A DNA stretch of 64,000 bases. It comes from Callorhinchus milii. Its lineage: Eukaryota. Of this stretch, positions 60,304-64,000 are shown piece by piece. Below the pieces are notes generated by a model. That model ran no database searches and was not told where the DNA came from. It was given only the letters and a program-made list of their open reading frames with translations. The stretch's first letter is position 1. Each line of letters starts with the position of its first letter. The position numbers and the translations under genes were made by a program. The DNA is taken from NCBI RefSeq assembly GCF_018977255.1, contig NW_024704742.1, forward strand, positions 70,558,001 through 70,622,000, read 5' to 3'.

Positions 60304-61060
60304 GATACAGCACCTCATCACATTATTGAGGCATCTCAAAGAGCTTCACAGGATATACAGTAAAGTGGAGTGACTGTGTATTTTGTGGACGAAATGCCGC
60401 AGCCAATTTCTTTAGATAATACCTACTTGGGTTAGAGTGGGAATGAGACTTGTGTGTGTTTGCCCCTGGGTGTGTAATGTAGAGAACAGCTCTTTTTCTC
60501 TCTATCAGCATCCACCTGTCTGCACCGGGTCTGGCCTGCTCTCTGTCTGGGGGTTCTGGCTGCCTTCAGAATCTCACCCCTCCCCTTCCCAATGAGTAGC
60601 CATTGCCCATTGTGAACCTTGTCAGTGAGTGTTGGCAGGTCACAGTGAAGCCTAACCTCTCCCCACACAGCTGCCACACATACACGCACTACACCATTGG
60701 CACTGCCTCCTCTCAATACGCTATGCTTCAATGTCCAGATGAACAGACACAGACGGGCCTTGGTTTAACGTTTCATCCAACATTTAATTCCCATTTAAAA
60801 GCTATGATGAAATTGTTGTGTCCTCTGGTCCTTCTGAGCCCTCCATCACGTCTCTACCTTGACCAAGGAGTAGAAATCTTCACAGTCCCTGTAACAGTCT
60901 TTTTAAAATATTTTTCCAGCCGACAGGAAGAGAAAATGAGGACCAGATGGGTTTGTTTTCACCTTCCTTCTTCCTAGTTCCCACCCTCCTTCCCTCCCTC
61001 CATATTTCCTACAGCTAGGTGGAATGTGACAGTTCTTTGGGAGCGGGGCAAGAGAAAGAG

Positions 61061-61286
<226 letters not shown>

Positions 61287-61879
61287 GGAAGTAAAGGAAG
61301 GTGAGAAAGAAAAAATGAAAGATAGAGAGAATGAAATAAAAAGAAAGAAAAAGGGAAAGACGAAGAGAAATAAATAAATAAAGATAGCGATACACCAATA
61401 TAGAGAGAGATACAGAGAGTGGGAGAGATACCGATAGATAGACAAAGAGAGAGAGAGAGATTCACTGACACAGCGAGAAAGAGACACCAATAGACACAAA
61501 GAATAATGTACACAAAGAATAATGAAATGAGATCTTTAATGTCCACATGAACAGGCAGACTAGACCTCAGTGCAACATTTTTATAAAGGACATTAAAGAT
61601 CCACGGCTCTATTAGAAAAGAGAAGAGAGTTTCTCTCGCACTGTGTCCTGGCCGACAATCCCCCAGATAAATCGTTCATTAGCTTCGTGGCTGTTCGTGA
61701 TACATTACAAATTAGTTAACAGGTTTGCCTACAAAATACACAGTCACTACACTTTACAGTGAATCCTGTGAGGTGTTTTGAGACGTCCTCCCAATGTGAA
61801 AGGCACTGTGTCAAATGCAATGATTATTATTGTCAGTTTTATTATCGGTTCCAGCAGGTCTCTGGGTGTCAAGTCTCCA

Positions 61880-62380
61880 GACAAGAGAGAGAGAGAGAGT
61901 AAATCCTGTTAGAGTCTGAGTGAGAGGGAGTGGGCAAGAGAGAGTGAGAGCAAGAGAGAGGAAGTGAGTGTGAGCAAGAGAGAGTGAGGGTAAGAGAAAA
62001 CAAGTGAGAGAGAAAAGGATAGATTGCTCTCCACAGCAGATAAACACAAGTAGCAAAAGAGAGCAAGGGAGAAAGAGCGAGAGAGAGAGGGAGAGAGACA
62101 GAGAGAGTGAGAGAGAGAAAATGAGAGAGAAAAAGTGAGCGAAAACAAGAGAGAGTGAGAGAGAGCAAAAGAGTGAGTGTGAGTGAAAGAGACAGAAAGA
62201 GAGAGAGAGAGAGAAAGAGAGAGCATGAGTGAGAGAAAATGAGAGAGCGAAAGCGAGCAAAAATAAGAGAGTCAGAGAGAAAGCAAGAGAGTAAATGAGG
62301 GTGAGAGAGAGAGAGAGAGCAACAGAGAGAGAGAGCGAGAGAGAGAGAGTGCAAGTAAGGGCAAAAGCGAGAGAGAAAAT
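61880..62380. repeat. GA-rich low-complexity tract
   Basis: Degenerate (GA)n; preceded by SINE B pieces at 61520-61832. Confidence 0.9.
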
Positions 62381-62384
62381 AAAA

Positions 62385-62700
62385 CCTCAATAAAATTTTA
62401 ATCATAGCAAACGCCGGCAGTTGTGGGGAGCGGGGCTAAGGACAAAACATCTGGCCAGTTCGGCTCGAGCTGCGCTAACTTTTCTCCAGCGCCATAAAAG
62501 TCATTAATTTTTCATGAAATTGTATGAGCTGAGCGTCCCAGCCCAATACCTCTGTGGCCAAAGCTGCATAATTTAATCTCTTCGCGTTGCCAGGAAAATG
62601 TCCTCCCATCTCCTAATGAACACTGGTTAATTAGAGCAGGGGATTGGGGAAACAGTTGGCATCATGAATGCACTTTATACCACACATGTGGATTTCACAG
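62385..62700. promoter_or_regulatory. Candidate CNE
   Basis: Unique and CpG-retaining; GCCATAAAA (62491), CATTAATT, TAATCT, CTAATGA, TTAATTAG. Confidence 0.45.
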
Positions 62701-62804
62701 GAGCAGCTGAGATCTGTTCGCATTTTACTCTCTTCTCTCTCTCGTTTGCTCTCTCTCTCTCTCGCTATCTTTCTTGTTTCCCGTCAGGGAGGGGGAGGAG
62801 AAGA

Positions 62805-63170
62805 CAACAAGAACAAGAGCAACAAATTGCATTTATATAAGCGCTTTGAGACATCTCAACGACGTGATAAGGTGCTGTATCAAATGCAAGGATTCTTAAT
62901 ATTATTATATCGTGTCTTTCATGTCAGCAGGACATCCCAAGATGCTGGACAGTGAAATGTTTGCACCCGAGCTGGGGGTTGGGATCAGAAGGGGTGGAGG
63001 GCAGGGAGAGTGGGGATAGAAGGATGACTGAAGGCCTTGAAGGAGTCAAGGGAGGAGTCGAAATGGAGGGGCTCCAGGATAGGTTCCCAGAAGGTGGGGG
63101 CAGAAAGGCTGAAGGCCCGACTGCTGATGGTGGAGCAGGCAGGGCAGGGGATATAGAGCAGGCCAGTGCT
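62805..63170 (-). mobile_element. L2 3' fragment with a SINE A tail inserted (62840-62905, +)
   Basis: Reverse strand AFSLSAPTFWEPILEPL; tail interrupted by AAGCGCTTTGAGAC..ATCAAATGCAAGGATT. Confidence 0.8.
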
Positions 63171-63184
63171 AGAGTCCAACCATC

Positions 63185-63430
63185 TAAAGCTGTGGATCTT
63201 GCCATTGAGATTACAGTCTGGTAAGCTTTCCCGCTGCTTGTTCAGCTAGGACCACCTTACCCGTTAGGGATTTGGCTTGAAGAGTTAATGGGAGCTGAGT
63301 GGAAAGAGTGCCTGCCCCAGTGACTGGTCTGACCTTCCAGGTCCTGCCGATGAGCCAGGCTGGGCTGTGCTGACATTAGCAGTGCCCTGGAATATTGTGG
63401 ACCCACCTGGCTTAGGAACTGGACTAACAA
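63185..63430 (-). mobile_element. Retroposon family C 5' body
   Basis: Aligns with 6170-6410: GGAGCTGAGTGG..CCCCAGTGACTGGTCTG..CCTGCCGATGAGCCAGGCTGGGCTGTGCTG. Confidence 0.85.
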
Positions 63431-63459
63431 GATTTTTGTTTAGATGAATAGGACAGTTA

Positions 63460-63755
63460 ATTGAGGCAGCATCAGACACGCTGTCCTTCGGATGAGATGT
63501 TAAACTGAGGTCCCATCTGTGCCTGATCAGGTGGGTATTAAAGATCCTGCTGTTTCTCTCTCCCAGTGTTCTGGCCATTAATCCCTCAAATAAAATCTCA
63601 TACTCACTCCATGGCTGCTTAGGGTGACGTTGTGTGCAAATTGATTACTACATTGCCTACAAAATACATAGTTACTCCACTTTAAAGTGAATCTTATGAA
63701 GTGCTTTGAGAACATCTTGACACAAAAGGCGCTATGCCAAATGCAAGGATTATTG
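63460..63755 (+). mobile_element. SINE family B
   Basis: Deu body and tail. Confidence 0.8.
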
Positions 63756-64000
63756 AAGGTTTAAACTCAAATAATGGGATGGGGGGATGGGGAAAGGGGA
63801 GGAGAAGGAGGGTCTGTTGGGAGGCAAACTGATGTGAATTCACTCAGCATGAACCATCTTTGGCTTCTCAGCTCTTGGCTTTTCTCCATTGACTCCTGCG
63901 GAGCTGGGAGACTTTTCAGCTCTCAGACCAAGCACATATTTTATTCCAATAAAACATCTGTGAAAACCATTTCCTGTGAGCCTAGAAGTGTTCAGGAATG

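Overview
Repeat-dense, apparently non-coding vertebrate genomic DNA. The repeat inventory (SacSINE1/DeuSINE-like SINEs plus CR1 and L2 LINEs with shark-type 3' ends) points to a cartilaginous fish, possibly a holocephalan; this is an inference. I found no credible host protein-coding gene: the longer ORFs come from simple repeats or decayed LINE ORF2. The window contains (A) more than 25 copies of a tRNA-Ala-like/CORE-like/Deu-3'/L2-tail SINE, (B) more than 20 copies of a DeuSINE, (C) about 8 copies of an older unassigned retroposon with a possible LF-SINE resemblance, many CR1 and L2 fragments, Tc1/mariner non-autonomous elements, an 860-bp TG..CA LTR-like insertion, mini- and microsatellites, and many unique TAAT-rich islands that look like conserved non-coding enhancers. 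The most unusual items are a decayed APE-RT LINE (18.7-20.3 kb) unlike the local CR1/L2 and reminiscent of fungal/microsporidian LINEs, family C, short locally templated sequence patches, a bidirectional ~30-bp motif array at 55.5-55.9 kb, and two diverged non-SINE repeat pairs. Family names are recalled from memory rather than searched, and coordinates of decayed repeats are approximate.
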